The notes beneath the pieces were generated by a model. That model was not told the origin of the DNA and did not search any database. It was given only the letters and a program-made list of their open reading frames with translations. Of a stretch of 64,000 nt of DNA, positions 23,677-35,148 are shown piece by piece; the stretch's first letter is position 1; the number at the start of each line of letters is the position of its first letter. Origin of the DNA: Neoechinorhynchus agilis (taxonomy: Eukaryota; Animalia; Acanthocephala); NCBI GenBank assembly GCA_051530055.1, contig CM121342.1, positions 5,393,489 to 5,457,488 on the forward strand, in the 5' to 3' direction. The position numbers were made by a program, and so were the translations under genes.

Positions 23677-25940
23677 ATGATTTTGAGGTTTTTGGTTGTT
23701 TTGCAAAGTGCCAGTGTTTTTTTGATAAAAGAAACATTGGGAACCAAATCAGAGTGCCAATCTATTAAAATGTCCGATGATCTTGTGGTGTTAAAAGTTG
23801 CGCAGTACTTGGAGAGAATGAAGAGGCCGCATTTTCACGACCAAGACCATCTTTATCCGGAGACGCTGGCTAATATTTTGTATTGTGAGCTGAAGGAAAG
23901 TGTCCAGGAATACTTTTTGAACGAAGATGAGCTCAGTGAGTTAAGAAGTGAAGATATGCGGAGCAAGCCATTCACGTATCTATCGGCGGGTGCGCTGATG
24001 TCAAACGATCTCATCCACCAGAGAAATAGCTATCGATGGCTTCTGCTTGCATATCGCTCTCTTTAACGCAGGATCGGGAGATGAGAACTTGAACCAACTA
24101 AAAGAACACCACCGAGAAAAGAAGAGAAACCCAATATTTTTTAGAACATTTCTCCATTTAGAGACATCCAATGCCATCGTAAAGAACAAACCGCGGAATT
24201 TCTAAAGTTGTCGAAACATCGTTTCAGAGTGTAATTGATGTATTTTCGAGTTAACTTTTAAAGAAATTTAACCTCCAAATCACTTAATAACAAAATTCTC
24301 ATCGGTTCTTTATCTCCTGATCTATACATTCAACCGTACATTTATTATCAGGCTCCATCCGGATCTGGATTGAAATTAGACTGCCCTTTAAAATCGAGCG
24401 AGACCGAATGCCACTGGTTCGTCGACAATAAATGCACTCTGGACGCCTTACCGAATCCTCATCGACCACCAGTCCGGCCCTTAAAACTGATTGAATTTGA
24501 AAGTAAGCTATTTCCGGCACTCAACTCAGCATGGACGAACATTAAAGCTTTACTCACCGGTCTTCTCTATGATACGGAACATTCATCGTCCAGTTTCATT
24601 GGTCACCACTGCCATTACAGCTCAAGTGCACCTTTGCAACCGGACGCGGTTGCCGATACTGATTTGATCGTTAACGGTGATTTCGTCTACTTTAAGAGAG
24701 CTTCGGCACACCATTCCGGTCTTTATTCTTGTCATTGTGAAAGTATTGTCGATAATGAGGATGAAGCAATAACTGAGATTACTGTGGACGGGAAATGTGT
24801 TAGGTCGCAGGAATTAAATTCTGAGCTTTCGTTAGCTGTTGAAGCGACTAGACACAAAGAAAGCTCACAATGAACATGATGTCTTAAGAAATGTCTCAAA
24901 TATGTCAAACGCGACTTTAGCATCAAACTACTTCAAAATGACGTCCGCTAAATTTCTGCCATTTCCTGGCATCGTTTACTTTATCGATATAGTCAACCCT
25001 GATCCTCGTCCAATAGAAACAATCACAATCAATGAATTCGCGCAGAAAATTTCTCTTCGTAGTGGAGCAACTAAAATAAAGGCAAGAAACTATTCTCATT
25101 TCCGATCTCTTACCGAAAAAGACTTTCCTCTTCTATATGGAAATTATACTCTATCATCCCTTTGCTATTACGTATATCTGAAATGGAACGAATTTACAGC
25201 CTGCGATTGCACAAAAAAAGAACGGATGCGGACCGGAAAATGTTTTATTCACAAAACTGGAACAAACGAAAATAATCCGCTGGGTAAACTTTTGTCTCTA
25301 CGTCGCCGTCTATTAGATGGCCCGGGTGTTCCATGTGAAAGTACAATCGCTATCGAAAACCTAAATGTGTACTTTGATCGAACACAGGTCGCCAATTTCA
25401 GCAGTATCGGTGAAATTTGTTCCATGGCAAAAATTCCATTAACTCTTTTGTTGAGAACAAATCTCACAGTGAAAAATCTACATTCATCACCAACGCTGTC
25501 AATGTTATTATGGATACAATTTGCCCATTGAAAACGGGAACGTCTCAAACCCATTTAATGTGCGTTACCATCTACTAAACGTTGAAGAGCACAATGATGT
25601 GAAATTGAGATGTGGAAGCCGAAATTTAGATGCAGAAATTGTTTGGGAATTCAAAGGATCACGTATGTTGTTTTCGAGAAAGATTCCGGGTGAAAATAGG
25701 GATCTGTTGGAACTCAACAAAGTTAAAACATCTTTTAGTGGAATATACAAATGTTATGGATACAATCGATCTCTCGTAAACATTTATATGGTCCAAGTAT
25801 CGAAAAAAAGAGTCGCTTTCATTAAAGTACAAATCAAAGCACATTTGCTGCACTCTGTAATGTTCTGGGGTTGGAACCTGATCGCTTTTTCAATAGTGTC
25901 CAGGATTGATTGGGGTTTTAAGAAACTAAAAAAAAGGTGA
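23677..25940 (+). CDS. Signal peptide, Ig-like domains, Cys/Trp module and C-terminal TM; architecture reminiscent of FAM187 (tentative)
   Basis: Hydrophobic N-terminus MILRFLVVLQSASVFL; Ig motifs LKLDCP..W..HSGLYSCHC and VKLRCG..IVWE..SGIYKC; WNEFTACDC..RTGKC; GT-AG intron about 24799-24835. One junction near 25410-25590 is unresolved. Confidence 0.6.
24065..24325 (+). other. Candidate non-canonical stem-closed intervening sequence in the Ig-domain gene (261 nt)
   Basis: TA...TA flanks. Stem GATCGGGAGAT(24072-82)/ATCTCCTGATC(24312-22) with G-U, extendable by GAGAAC/GTTCTT. Removal deletes the stop at 24064 and joins the frames. Confidence 0.55.
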
Positions 25941-27098
25941 GTAAAGTGTGCTGTATAAAGTTTTGTTTTCCAAAATGGACACTTGGTCTTCTGTTGTAAT
26001 GATAAAAAATCTTTTCGATAGCTTTCGCCGTCGGCTTAGCGTGTTAAAGTTGTGGAATGTTCGTCAAGACCATTGAAAATCTCTCGTTTGCATTGTGTGC
26101 ACAAACACTTTTAACAACCGTCCAGTTTTGAAAAAATCAAGTATCCACCAGATTCTACGGTACAAACTTAAAAGCATTTGATTGGAATACTTAGGGGAAG
26201 TGTTCAGTTCTTAGTTGCCTTTGCATCGAGGTCGATCGTCTGACTGTGTGGTTTTATATTGGATTTTATTTAAGGCTGTGTACGTTCATGGGATAAAACG
26301 ATAGAGAGAAAAGTGAGAGAACTTGCCTTTGCTGCGATCGGACTTTCTTTTCAGGGAAAGCGATTTGTGGCAGTAGAAGCTAAAAGAGCGCCAATGAGCT
26401 GAACTTCCAATCACTGAGGCTTTAAAAGATTGCCGCTTTTTAAAACTTGTTCAATAACAATGATGAACACATATGAGTCGCAGTTCAATAAAGCCATAGG
26501 CGATCTTCGTTTTCGGCTTCCTTTTTTTATCAGATTTCGATTTGAAAACGTGTAACATTTGATTTGCTTTATAGATTGCTCACCAAATCAAAATTCAATC
26601 AAAAAACAAGCTAAAACCAATCGCGGGTCCATTTCTTTCTCTCAAAAACTCATCCTTTGGAGATGGATTGCGAATTCAATGGGCGGACTAGAATCTTCGA
26701 TAAAAGTGCACTGGATCGTCAATTTTATCCGGATCGCTGGTTGCTATAAAAGAGACCTTGCAGCGAAACAAGTTTTTTGTTACTTAACAAAAATCCCCTT
26801 AGGGAAATCCTCATTAGAAAAAACACTCGAGTTCAGAGTTGTTCAAAGAATGCGGTTGTTGATTTTGGAGTGGATTACGAGTCCGGTGTCTTTTGTGAAA
26901 ATGAAGCTTTCTATTTCTTTTAAGAACACATCACATTGTGGTTGTCCGAGAAAATCGTATCCGATTTAATTTGGATAAATGACGTTCTACTGTAAATCTC
27001 TTTTCGAATCCACTGAATGTGGAGAGTGATCAGTTTTTGTTAAAGGACGTTTCGTCGCCATTGGAATGGATGGACGAAACGGTACCGAATTGAACGTT

Positions 27099-28645
27099 AA
27101 GATTACTAAGCGCTGCTTAGTTGTTCAGCCGCATGTTTTATCTGGTGATGATTGTTTGATAGACAATCCGACTGAAAGAGAGAGATTTTATTCAAACACC
27201 AAGCTTTCGCCGTCCAGCGGCTTCTTCAGGGTGTTCTTGGCAGCAGCGAAGATCGGACTGTCCATCCGCATGTCGATAAGATTACTAAGCGCTGCTTAGT
27301 TGTTCAGCCGCATGTTTCACCTATTGATGATTGTTTGATAGACAATCCGACTGAAAGAGAGAGATTTTATTCAAACACCAAGCTTTCGCCGTCCAACGGC
27401 TTCTTCAGGGTGTTCTTGGCAGCAGCGAAGATCGGACTGTCCATCCGCATGTCGATAAGATTACTAAGCGCTGCTTAGTTGTTCAGCCGCATGTTTCACC
27501 TATTGATGATTGTTTGATAGACAATCCGACTGAAAGAGAGAGATTTTACTAAAACACCAAGCTTTCGCCGTCCAACGGCTTCTTCAGGGTGTTCTTGGCA
27601 GCAGCGAAGATCGGACTGTCCATCCGCATGTCGATAAGATTACTAAGCGCTGCTTAGTTGTTCAGCCGCATGTTTCACCTATTGATGATTGTTTGATAGA
27701 CAATCCGACTGAAAGAGAGAGATTTTATTCAAACACCAAGCTTTCGCCGTCCAACGGCTTCTTCAGGGTGTTCTTGGCAGCAGCGAAGATCGGACTGTCC
27801 ATCCGCATGTCGATAAGATTACTAAGCGCTGCTTAGTTGTTCAGCCGCATGTTTCACCTATTGATGATTGTTTGATAGACAATCCGACTGAAAGAGAGAT
27901 TTTATTCAAACACCAAGCTTTCGCCGTCCAACGGCTTCTTCAGGTGTTCTTGGCAGCAGCGAAGATCGGACTGTCCATCCGCATGTCGATAAGATTACTA
28001 AGCGCTGCTTAGTTGTTCAGCCGCATGTTTCACCTATTGATGATTGTTTGATAGACAATCCGACTGAAAGAGAGAGATTTTATTAAAACACCAAGCTTTC
28101 GCCGTCCAACGGCTTCTTCAGGGTGTTTGGCAGCAGCGAAGATCGGACTGTCCATCCGCATGTCGATAAGATTACTAAGCGCTGCTTAGTTGTTCAGCCG
28201 CATGTTTCACCTATTGATGATTGTTTGATAGACAATCCGACTGAAAGAGAGATTTTATTAAAACACCAAGCTTTCGCCGTCCAACGGCTTCTTCAGGGTG
28301 TTTGGCAGCAGCGAAGATCGGACTGTCCATCCGCATGTCGATAAGATTACTAAGCGCTGCTTAGTTGTTCAGCCGCATGTTTCACCTATTGATGATTGTT
28401 TGATAGACAATCCGACTGAAAGAGAGAGATTTTATTCAAACACCAAGCTTTCGCCGTCCAACGGCTTCTTCAGGGTGTTCTTGGCAGCAGCGAAGATCGG
28501 ACTGTCCATCCGCATGTCGATAAGATTACTAAGCGCTGCTTAGTTGTTCAGCCGCATGTTTTATCTGGTGATGATTGTTTGATTGACAATCCGACTGAAA
28601 GAGAGAGATTTTATTCAAACACCAAGCTTTCGCCGTCCAACGGCT
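27099..28645. repeat. Tandem array of about 179-bp units, about 8.6 copies
   Basis: AAGATTACTAAGCGCTGCTTAG recurs at 27099, 27278, 27457 and onward. Confidence 0.95.
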
Positions 28646-29209
28646 AGCCGTTATCAAACAATCATCACTAGATGAATTGAACGTTGCAGATGGACAAAAC
28701 GTTAAGAAGCGCTATAGAATGACACGTCTGGTAGGTTCCAGTTTCAATTAGCGATTTGGGAAATCCTCATTAGAAAAAACACTCGAGTTCAATAAAGCCA
28801 TAGGCGATTTCGAGTGCCCGGTAGCTGTATTGAAAATAAAGATTGAATTGTTCAAAAAAACGCTATATTGTAGTTTTTGAAGAAAAATAATGTGATCTAA
28901 AGAATTGATTGAAAAACAAAGTGTAAATGTGAAAATGAGCGCGGGAATAAATGATTTATCTTGTTATTCCCTCCCCGAAACGCTTTCTTTACCGATCATC
29001 TAAGACAACGGCAGAAAAAATCATCCGGAATTTTCTTCTTAATCGTTGAATTGTGTAAAACGACCAAATCTTACGAGAATCGATCAAAAACCTTGGAAAT
29101 CGATCAATTTCGTGATTGAAAAAGTTCTTTTTTGTTGTTGAGAAGATATTCAAGTCTTTCGAGCACATTTAAAATCGTGTGATTTTTTCTGGTCTATTGA
29201 GAAATCGTA

Positions 29210-29539
29210 ATGGTGGACTCGAATGATGAAATGAGAATCGATATAGTGCTTGATCGGTGTTATTGGTTGCGGCAAGTTTGTTCGATTACAATTGGATCGA
29301 TTTGTGGGTACATCAACATACGAGGATCGAGTGGATTCGTCCTTTATTTAAGCCTGACGACTTTAGCAATGTTAACTTGCGTCTATTACGAAGGCGGCGG
29401 TAGCTCAATGGTCGACTATGAAAACGATGACTCTGATGACGACGATCTACTTCCCGCTGCTTGTAAAGAAGGATTTGCTTCCGGATTCTGTACGTTCCTT
29501 GTTACTTGGATTACCGTTTTCTCTATTGTTAACCCTTAA
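29210..29539 (+). CDS. RAB5IF: RAB5IF/C20orf24 (Rab5ip/EMC6 family) small membrane protein
   Basis: LDRCYWLRQVCSITIGSICG..IRG and KEGFASGFCTFLVTWI match the family pattern. Confidence 0.75.
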   Translation: MVDSNDEMRIDIVLDRCYWLRQVCSITIGSICGYINIRGSSGFVLYLSLTTLAMLTCVYYEGGGSSMVDYENDDSDDDDLLPAACKEGFASGFCTFLVTWITVFSIVNP

Positions 29540-29774
29540 AGTCAACCCTTTTTTGAGCGAGAACAAATTGGAATCCGTCTTTGAAACATGCGCCATTCAG
29601 GATTCTCCTCGCTCATCCACCACCACAAAAAAAGAAGCGCTCGTTAATATTTTTTTGAGATCTCAAAACATCCCAGTGCCACTTACGTCATAATGCGTAC
29701 ACGGAAGAAAATACCATCAATTCTGAAGGCTAACCATTCTGGACTAATGCGTCCGGTGAAATCAAAGTTTTTTT

Positions 29775-32575
29775 GAGTTTGACTTGAAAAAACTAAATTT
29801 TTTTGGATTCAATTGAGAAACCCAATCTTTTCCCGATTTTAGGTCGCTTCTATCAAAAAAACACGTAAAACCCCAACTTTTTTAAAAGTAATCGAGATTT
29901 TCTTTTTTTATCACAGTTTGAGCTCTACAAATCCATAGAAATTCTAACTCGAGTCCTAAAAGAGAAGAATTTCTTCACTCCTAAATAAGAGTTTGACTTG
30001 AAAAAACTAAATTTTTTGGATTCAATGGAGAAACCTAATATTTTCCCGATTTTAGGTCGCTTCTATCAAAAAAACACGTAAAACCCCAACTTTTTTAAAA
30101 GTAATCGAGATTTTCTTTTTTTAACATCGTTTGAGCTCTACAAATTCATAGAAATTCTAACTCGAGTCCTAAAAGAGAAGAATTTCTTCACTCTTAAATA
30201 AGAGTTTGACTTGAAAAAACTAAATTTTTTTGGATTCAATGGAGAAACCCAATCTTTTCCCGATTTTAGGTCGCTTCTATCAAAAAAACACGTAAAACCC
30301 CAACTTTTTTAAAAGTAATCGAGATTTTCTTTTTTTATCACAGTTTGAGCTCTACAAATCCATAGAAATTCTAACTCGAGTCCTAAAAGAGAAAAATTTC
30401 TTCACTCTTAAATAAGAGTTTGACTTGAAAAAACTAAATTTTTTTGGATTCAATTGAGAAACCTAATATTTTCCCGATTTTAGGTCGCTTCTATCAAAAA
30501 AACACGTAAAACCCCAACTTTTTTAAAAGTAATCGAGATTTTCTTTTTTTATCACAGTTTGAGCTCTACAAATCCATAGAAATTCTAACTCGAGTCCTAA
30601 AAGAGAAAAATTTCTTCACTCTTAAATAAGAGTTTGACTTGAAAAAACTAAATTTTTTTGGATTCAATTGAGAAACCTAATATTTTCCCGATTTTAGGTC
30701 GCTTCTATCAAAAAAGTAAAACCCCAACTTTTTTAAAAGTAATCGAGATTTTCTTTTTTTAACACCGTTTGAGCTCTACAAATCCATAGAAATTCTAACT
30801 CGAGTCCTAAAAGAGAAAAATTTCTTCACTCTTAAATAAGAGTTTGACTTGAAAAAACTAAATTTTTTTGGATTCAATTGAGAAACCCAATATTTTCCCG
30901 ATTTTAGGTCGCTTCTATCAAAAAAACACGTAAAACCCCAACTTTTTTAAAAGTAATCGAGATTTTCTTTTTTTATCACAGTTTGAGCTCTACAAATCCA
31001 TAGAAATTCTAACTCGAGTCCTAAAAGAGAAGAATTTCTTCACTCTTAAATAAGAGTTTGACTTGAAAAAACTAAATTTTTTGGATTCAATTGAGAAACC
31101 TAATATTTTCCCGATTTTAGGTCGCTTCTATCAAAAAAACACGTAAAACCCCAACTTTTTTAAAAGTAATCGAGATTTTCTTTTTTTAACATCGTTTGAG
31201 CTCTACAAATCCATAGAAATTCTAACTCGAGTCCTAAAAGAGAAGAATTTCTTCACTCTTAAATAAGAGTTTGACTTGAAAAAACTAAATTTTTTTGGAT
31301 TCAATTGAGAAACCTAATATTTTCCCGATTTTAGGTCGCTTCTATCAAAAAAACACGTAAAACCCCAACTTTTTTAAAAGTAATCGAGATTTTCTTTTTT
31401 TAACATCGTTTGAGCTCTACAAATCCATAGAAATTCTAACTCGAGTCCTAAAAGAGAAGAATTTCTTCACTCTTAAATAAGAGTTTGACTTGAAAAAACT
31501 AAATTTTTTTGGATTCAATTGAGAAACCTAATCTTTTCCCGATTTTAGGTCGCTTCTATCAAAAAACACGTAAAACCCCAACTTTTTTAAAAGTAATCGA
31601 GATTTTCTTTTTTTATCACAGTTTGAGCTCTACAAATCCATAGAAATTCTAACTCGAGTCCTAAAAGAGAAAAATTTCTTCACTCTTAAATAAGAGTTTG
31701 ACTTGAAAAAACTAAATTTTTTTGGATTCAATTGAGAAACCTAATATTTTCCCGATTTTAGGTCGCTTCTATCAAAAAAACACGTAAAACCCCAACTTTT
31801 TTAAAAGTAATCGAGATTTTCTTTTTTTATCACAGTTTGAGCTCTACAAATCCATAGAAATTCTAACTCGAGTCCTAAAAGAGAAAAATTTCTTCACTCT
31901 TAAATAAGAGTTTGACTTGAAAAAACTAAATTTTTTTGGATTCAATTGAGAAACCCAATCTTTTCCCGATTTTAGGTCGCTTCTATCAAAAAAACACGTA
32001 AAACCCCAACTTTTTTAAAAGTAATCGAGATTTTCTTTTTTTAACATCGTTTGAGCTCTACAAATCCATAGAAATTCTAACTCGAGTCCTAAAAGAGAAG
32101 AATTTCTTCACTCCTAAATAAGAGTTTGACTTGAAAAAACTAAATTTTTTTGGATTCAATTGAGAAACCTAATATTTTCCCGATTTTAGGTTGCTTCTAT
32201 CAAAAAAACACGTAAAATCCCAACTTTTTTAAAAGTAATCGAGATTTTCTTTTTTTATCACAGTTTGAGCTCTACAAATCCATAGAAATTCTAACTCGAG
32301 TCCTAAAAGAGAAGAATTTCTTCACTCCTAAATAAGAGTTTGACTTGAAAAAACTAAATTTTTTTGGATTCAATGGAGAAACCTAATCTTTTCCCGATTT
32401 TAGGTCGCTTCTATCAAAAAAACACGTAAAACCCCAACTTTTTTAAAAGTAATCGAGATTTTCTTTTTTTATCACCGTTTGAGCTCTACAAATCCATAGA
32501 AATTCTAACTCGAGTCCTAAAGAATAATTTCTTCACTCTTAAATTAAAGTTTGACTTGAAAAAAACTAAATTTGG
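29775..32575. repeat. AT-rich tandem array of about 214-bp units, about 13 copies
   Basis: GAGTTTGACTTGAAAAAACTAAATTTT recurs at 29775, 29989 and onward at about 214-bp spacing. Confidence 0.95.
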
Positions 32576-33752
32576 ATAAATTCGATGGACGATGAAAACT
32601 GACCTTGTCCCGATTGGCGAAAAAAGAAGGAGAAATGAATCGATTTGTCGCTGTACCTTTTTTTAGTGGCATTCACCGATTCAAAAAAGGGAAGAGGCTC
32701 TCCGTGGTAAAGATGTCAGATTTATTTCCCATTTCGGAACTTTTTGCATATTATAAGAAATTTAGTTAAGATCAAAATTGACGTAAAATTTAAAAACAAA
32801 TAGAGCAGTCAAACAACTTCGAATAAACGCCACATGAATTCGAATCAAATTGACAGTTAGGAAAACAGTTGCCATCTTCAAATAAGTGCGAATTGGCGAT
32901 ATTGACACACAAAAAGTAATATTTTTCCTCAAGAAGTTTGAAACGAGCCTGTAAGCTTCCATGGAACGGTAGACGTTCACATTAATTTTTGTATGCTTCA
33001 AACAAAATTTCCCAAAAGGTGGTACATAGAAAATCAGCAATTATTTTACGCTCCTTCCTCATTTTGCAAATTTCTACTATCACTTGGTTTCATGCTGCTT
33101 TGCTCGGTGCGTAAAGATGTTCCCGTTTTAATCAGGTGTCTTCTCAGACCAATAGACTATTTTTACAGCTTTCACCTTTAAAAAGTTCTTGTCGAAATCA
33201 TCTTCTCTTTTATTTTTCTAGATAACACAACCGTTAATCCATAAATTTCAACTTTACTATTGCTTTCTATTTTCCTATTTGCTTAATTTATCAAATCGAC
33301 CTTAACGAACCAAAGGTCTTAGAGTCTCAAATATACAATCTTGTACTCTTAAAGATCTTTTGGTTTCACATAGAAGTCTGATTACACAATAGTCTGCTGC
33401 TGCGGCAATATGCCACCCTTTCTTAGAATGGTATTGAATTTTTTGCTTATTGGCGTGTAAAGTCAAATAACTGGCGGTAAAGGGGATTAGTTGGATGAAA
33501 ATCATTGCGCAAATTTGACGGCTTACTCTCAACAGTGAGTTTCCCGCGATCTACAGCTCTATTCCAAGCTATCCGTCCTTTCAACACCATTAGACCGGGA
33601 CTGCAGTTGAGAGTGGTGATCCAGAACGGTGCCATTAATGTTTATCGAACTCTTTGCGTAGAGAAAACCCGATTTTTCAAACTACTTCTCTTACATTGCT
33701 TTCATTGTCAGATGGTCTCAAAGTATTGATAAAAGGCACTTTTTAATTATAG

Positions 33753-35107
33753 ATGAAAACGCCTGAAGAGAATATCGAGACGGAGGAGGAAAAGCAGCAA
33801 AGGATTTCGATAAGTGAGCTCATTTCAGGGCACTACGACGACCGCAGAAAGGAATACAGCGGCGAACGGTCTTCATCTCGAGTCATATTCCTCCGTGGAT
33901 TTAATAATTGGGTCAAGATTACACTCCTATCAGAAACTTGTGCACGATTAAGTCGTGGACCAATTCGAGTAATCGATTTGGCATGTGGACGTGGTGGTGA
34001 TGTGAATAAATGGAAGCGGACGGGGGCGGCACACGTTGCATTTGTGGATTTCTCAAAGCAATCCATAGAGGAATGCCAAAGGCGGTATTCATCAATGTCC
34101 TCCCTAATTCAAAACAAGTCGATGTACACTGCTGATTTTTACGAACTTAACATGGTCAATGATGATTTGTACCACAATATATTCGGAACTGATGGCCCTG
34201 TTTCGAATGATCGTCTTTTCAAAATTGTCGCCTGCCAGTTCGCTATTCATTATGCTTTCGGCAGCTACAATGATGTTGTCAAACTTCTGTCAAATGTATC
34301 GAAATGCCTGAGATCCGGTGGATATTTCATTGGAACTACAACGGATTGTTTTGAACTGGTTAGAAGGTTGAAAGATTTTGATGGTGAAATCGGAAACAGT
34401 GTCTATCGAATAAAACTCGACGGTATTAGTAGCAAAGATAAAATACCGCTATTTAATGCAGGCATTCTTTTTAAACTAGATTGTTTATCGAGAATACTTT
34501 TGTGTGCGGGGTTTATTCGCGTTAATTTTATGCTTCCAAAAAACCCAATACGAACTATCACTCCTCATTTGTGTCCAAAAGATTGCATTAGACTTTTGGG
34601 CACTCCAAAAAAGTTTTCACTAACAAATGCAATTTTGTTACTTCCATGGGCAAACTTTTTTTATTGAGTTTGCTTCGCGGTACGCCCATTTTTATAACTT
34701 AATTACGGTTCCGTCTCGCTTCTGTCTCCACTCAATGATACTAGAATTCACAAAAGTATTCTGTACTCGAATGTCCGGAATATTTAGTTTACTTTCCCGC
34801 TTTTGAAAGAATAGCAGCGGACTTTGGGCTGAAGTTGGTGATGCGATCGAATTTTAGTGATTTTTTCAAGAATTTTCACAAATCAAACGAGCGAACATTG
34901 CGACGGATGAACGCTTTAGAGCCATATCCTCTTGTTCCGTGTGATGATCTGGTAGGTGGAGATCCTGTTGGGAATCAGTATGCTCACGCCAAAAGGTTTG
35001 TTGATCGTCCACATTCTCGACAGCACACTGATGCTATTGGGACAATGTCAGTTGATGAATGGGAAGTTGCGACATTGTACACTTGTTTTATGTTCAAAAG
35101 AGTGTAA
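33753..35107 (+). CDS. RNMT: mRNA cap guanine-N7 methyltransferase, interrupted once at 34487-34764
   Basis: LRGFNNWVK, VIDLACGRGGDVNKW, CQFAIHYAF, GGYFIGT; second part ECPEYLVYF..MNALEPYP..GTMSVDEWEVATLY. Confidence 0.93.
34487..34764 (+). other. Non-canonical stem-closed intervening sequence in RNMT (278 nt)
   Basis: TA(34486-87)...TA(34764-65). Perfect 14-bp inverted repeat AGAATACTTTTGTG(34491-504)/CACAAAAGTATTCT(34749-62). Removal gives FKLDCLLECPEYLVYF. Confidence 0.82.
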
Positions 35108-35148
35108 CTTGTCCTTTTCAAAAGTTAAGATCGTCTTTGGAATTTCAG

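Noticed and set aside
25410-25590. Frame change in the Ig-domain gene as another stem-type interruption
   Set aside because: The TA pair present is out of frame. A sequencing indel or a longer GT-AG intron explains it equally well.
27066-28543. Short ORFs and an acceptor-like TCTCTCTTTCAG in the 179-bp array
   Set aside because: Stops occur within each unit and no consistent spliced ORF could be built.
29775-32575. Spliced-leader or snRNA gene array, suggested by an Sm-like AATTTTTTTGG
   Set aside because: The motif is expected in AT-rich DNA, and no leader, donor and stem-loop organisation was recognisable.
32762-33729. Possible gene divergent from RNMT
   Set aside because: Short hydrophobic ORFs on both strands; no coherent exon chain or family could be supported.
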